Shown here one piece after another: positions 60,905 through 64,000 of a stretch of DNA of 64,000 bases (its first letter is position 1; every line of letters begins with the position of its first letter). The translations under genes and the position numbers were made by a program. Origin of the DNA: Schizochytrium sp. TIO01 (taxonomy: Eukaryota > Protista > Bigyra: Labyrinthulomycetes); assembly GCA_004764695.1 (NCBI GenBank), contig SMSO01000014.1, forward strand, positions 4,908,845 through 4,972,844, in the 5' to 3' direction. A model generated the notes under the pieces. That model ran no database searches, was not told the origin of the DNA, and saw nothing but the letters and a program-made list of their open reading frames with translations.

Positions 60905-63900
60905 TGCAGATCTGCTTACGATTCCCAAAGTGAGTGCGCACTCCTTCTTGTTGTAAAGAGCTTCTCAGAAAGTGCTATCGCCTTAAAGATTCCCAGTCCG
61001 CCTCTTCTTGTTGCTGCTTGGCCTAGTTCGCTCCTTCAAGTTTATTGTAGTTCTGATGCAGCTCCTACTTCTTCTCCAAAAGCCACGTTCGATTCTAATC
61101 AAGATACGTCCATAATGAAGAAGGCGGCCTCGATTCCTCAAAATGCGGGAGAAGAAGCTGCAGAAGTGGTTGAACTTCTTTTAGAGTTAATTCATCATTC
61201 TCGTGACGAAATAAATAATCAAGATCAGCGCGCCCTTTATAGCCAAGACTTTGCGAACACGCAAAAGGCATTGGGTTTGGCATCATGTTTAGGTGATTCT
61301 TGCTCAAAGATGATCTTGAGCGACGATGGTGACATCTAAATCAATCTCGGAGTCATGGCTCCTCTTAAGCGCCGGAGAAATGATCTTCTTTGTTCTTGTT
61401 AGCTAATCAATCACTTAGCTAGCTACCATAGTACCTTCACTTCTAGTTAGATCGATAGATAGCGAGCTGCCTAACCTTACTAGCACCCCGAGATCACAAC
61501 AAGTAGGTAGGTAATCTTTTAGGTCGATTGAGAAACACTCAAAGCAAAGCAATGTTGGAGCTATTTGGGAAACTTGTTGGAAAGTAGAAAAGTTTTGGGG
61601 ATTTGTGAAAGTAGCTCCAGGCTCAAGAGCTTTCCTGGCATGACGTCTAGTTGTAGGTAATCTCGAATCCAGCTAGGCTTGTAAAACTGAATCGTAGCTT
61701 TACGTGTTTAAGCGAGTGATCATTGTAAATCGGGAAGTAGAGAACACGACGAAGACGGGCATGGGCGGTGGGGGAGGGACCAGAGCTTGAAGGGTTGACT
61801 TTGATCACCTGAGTGCCTCTTCAAAATAGAACGTATATTCACACCTAATTAAAAAAAGATAAATTCTCTCAGATAGACTCAGATATGGGAAATATAGTAT
61901 AGTAATCAGGAAATGCCTCTGACTTGTGCTCCGATGGGTACATGGGTTATACAGCAACGAACGAAGACCAAGGCTAAAAGTAGGTGCTCTGTGATAGAGG
62001 ACCGTAGCACCCCTTTACTCATTTACATACTAAATCGCCGATATTTTGAGATGTACTCTGACTAATAGTACCATACCAAAATTCAAGTCCCCCCCTTTCC
62101 AAATGCAGGGGCTTTTGAAGAACCTAATATGTAGGTGTGCAACGGGATTTACTCAAATGCACTACCGTTCCTCTAGATACAAGTTAATAGTTACTTAACC
62201 AAAGGAGGTCCAACAAACATAGGAGGTTATCAACTCGCACATCATATCAACTTGTACAGCCGATTCTTGACATTTTCTGTTGATGAGGTTCTATAAAAAG
62301 ACTATTTGCACAATAGAAGCGTATTTTCTATGATCTTTAACATATTGTGGCCTACTGCATTCTAAACTGCTCTTCTGCTATTGAGAATAAATAACCAAGG
62401 TACCCGCATTTGACTTTCTACTTAATTGCAAGCACAATTGCGTCTTAAGAATTCTTGAGACAATATATCCTTTGATTTGTTCTGTTATGCAGAAAAGGGC
62501 ACTACTCCACGCACATTTCATATGCATAGAACATCCATGTTGGTCCGTGTTGCTTCGAGTGAGTGGCCCAAATGTGCACAATATCTCCTACTATCCCTCA
62601 CTTTTCCTTATATCAAGCTCTCTTTGCAAAAGCTGAGTAACAGGAACCTGAGTGAAAGCCATCTGCGCAATTTTATGAGTAAATATACAATTGGAAAGAA
62701 GGAGCTGAGTTCGTATCTCTCGAATACAACATAGAGAACTCCTACTTCTGTGAGTTCTACAATCACCTGAACGCCACATTTTACATCTCCGATGATGTAG
62801 AGATGTCCTGTTTTGTGTTAAGCTCATATATCACAGCCTGTATTTTGTACAGAAAGCTATGTTCATACTCATCATAAACATGCAGATTCTTCGGGTCTGA
62901 GCGTTTGCTGAGTTCCTCTTCTCCACCGAAGATCGATTAACTTGGCTCGGAATTCAACTCAAGTCAAAGGGTTAACAGACTAGCAAGAAAGCTTATTTCT
63001 ATAGGGTTTCGGATCACTCTTCAATCCTACAGCGCTTCGTAATTAGTCTTGCCCGCTCGTTGGCTCCTCTGAGTCCTTCGCTTTGCTATCTTCTATTATC
63101 AACCTCCTTCAGCTTGTCGCTTCTCCGTTGCCCATGCTTCCGCCTCGGTTATCTTGCCCAAATGTTTTCGTGAACCGTTTCAAGCCTTCAAAGTGGCCAT
63201 TTCAGCCTCGACACATCGGTGGCCATGGCGTCCCAATCGTCCTCGTTTATGATAATGCCAACTCATTCGCAGCAAAAGCAGCTTTGGAACTACCTATGCT
63301 GAGACGAGCGAGAAATGCCAAGAACCTGTCATGGTCAAGCCCAGCTAGCTAGCTAGGTGTCTGGGTAGCAGTTTCTTGCTTACATCGTGAGCTTTCGCTT
63401 CCCTGGGAAGTCAGAACCAACAGCCGAAGGAAGCAACAAATCTATCGTTTCTTGAGAGTGAACCAAACCATTTGTGGTAAGTACTCTTTTAAGGCATTGA
63501 TTGATTGCATGAACTTGCTAAAGGAAGGAGAGTCATTTCCCGTGGCTAGCTTTCCGAAGCGTGATTGACAGACAGGGGCAAGAAGGTGCACAACCTGAAT
63601 AGCGCTGATGAGTGAGCGGACATGCAGTCAGCGGCCTGTGTGGGCTTGGAAGTCACGACTCTGGCTGGCACTGTCTCGGTTTTCCTTGTTCATCTAACTC
63701 GAAAACCGAGCCACGAGAAATTGCTTCTGTTCTATTCTGCCTCTCGATAGAATAACCGCTTTGTTTTTAACAAAAAAAAAACAAAGAAGAAAACCTTTAA
63801 TATTAAAATAAATTGACATTACTAATTTATATTTTAATGAATTGTTTTAATTGGGAAGTTTTAGAGAAGAAAAGGACTCATATGGACGAACGAATGATGG

Positions 63901-64000
63901 AGAGAAATGAGAACCATCTCCGTCACCACAACTGTTGCCAACGTTATCTCTCTTCGCCTAGATTCGTCTTCTACGAATAGCCAGGTAGGTAGTTACTGCG

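Noticed and set aside
60710-61339. 209-aa plus-strand ORF
   Set aside because: Antisense to GPx exon 1 and its promoter; GTG start; no motifs
63040-63350. EF-hand-like fragments on the minus strand (LDHDRFLAFLARL..., INEDDWDAM)
   Set aside because: Too fragmentary across frames to support even a pseudogene call

Overview
This is eukaryotic nuclear DNA, probably from a protist. Short GT-AG introns, heavy tetra- and pentanucleotide microsatellites and AT-rich islands alternating with GC-richer tracts suggest a thraustochytrid/labyrinthulomycete-like stramenopile, but that is inference. The first ~21 kb is gene-poor: the 5' end of a Gln-rich gene runs off the left edge, followed by a candidate box H/ACA snoRNA and ~20 kb of microsatellite-rich non-coding DNA. 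The protein-coding genes then run in this order: an intronless 869-aa protein with a degenerate phage-type asparagine-synthetase-like (ANH/PP-loop) domain, a P4-ATPase flippase, an acidic coiled-coil protein, an EFCAB5-like D/D + EF-hand + ankyrin gene split by an apparent 1-nt frameshift, an SNX1/Vps5-type sorting nexin, a hydroxylysine-kinase-like kinase, an uncharacterised SAM-dependent methyltransferase, an HSD17B8-like SDR, a frameshifted ARM-repeat pseudogene, a 3R-MYB transcription factor and a 4-exon Cys-type glutathione peroxidase. I found no tRNA, rRNA, CRISPR array or intact transposon. The most interesting signals are the virus-like ANH pseudo-enzyme, the snoRNA candidate with an LSU rRNA-complementary pocket, and recurrent hairpins at the edges of AT-rich islands. 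All family assignments come from motif recognition by eye; no database searches were run.
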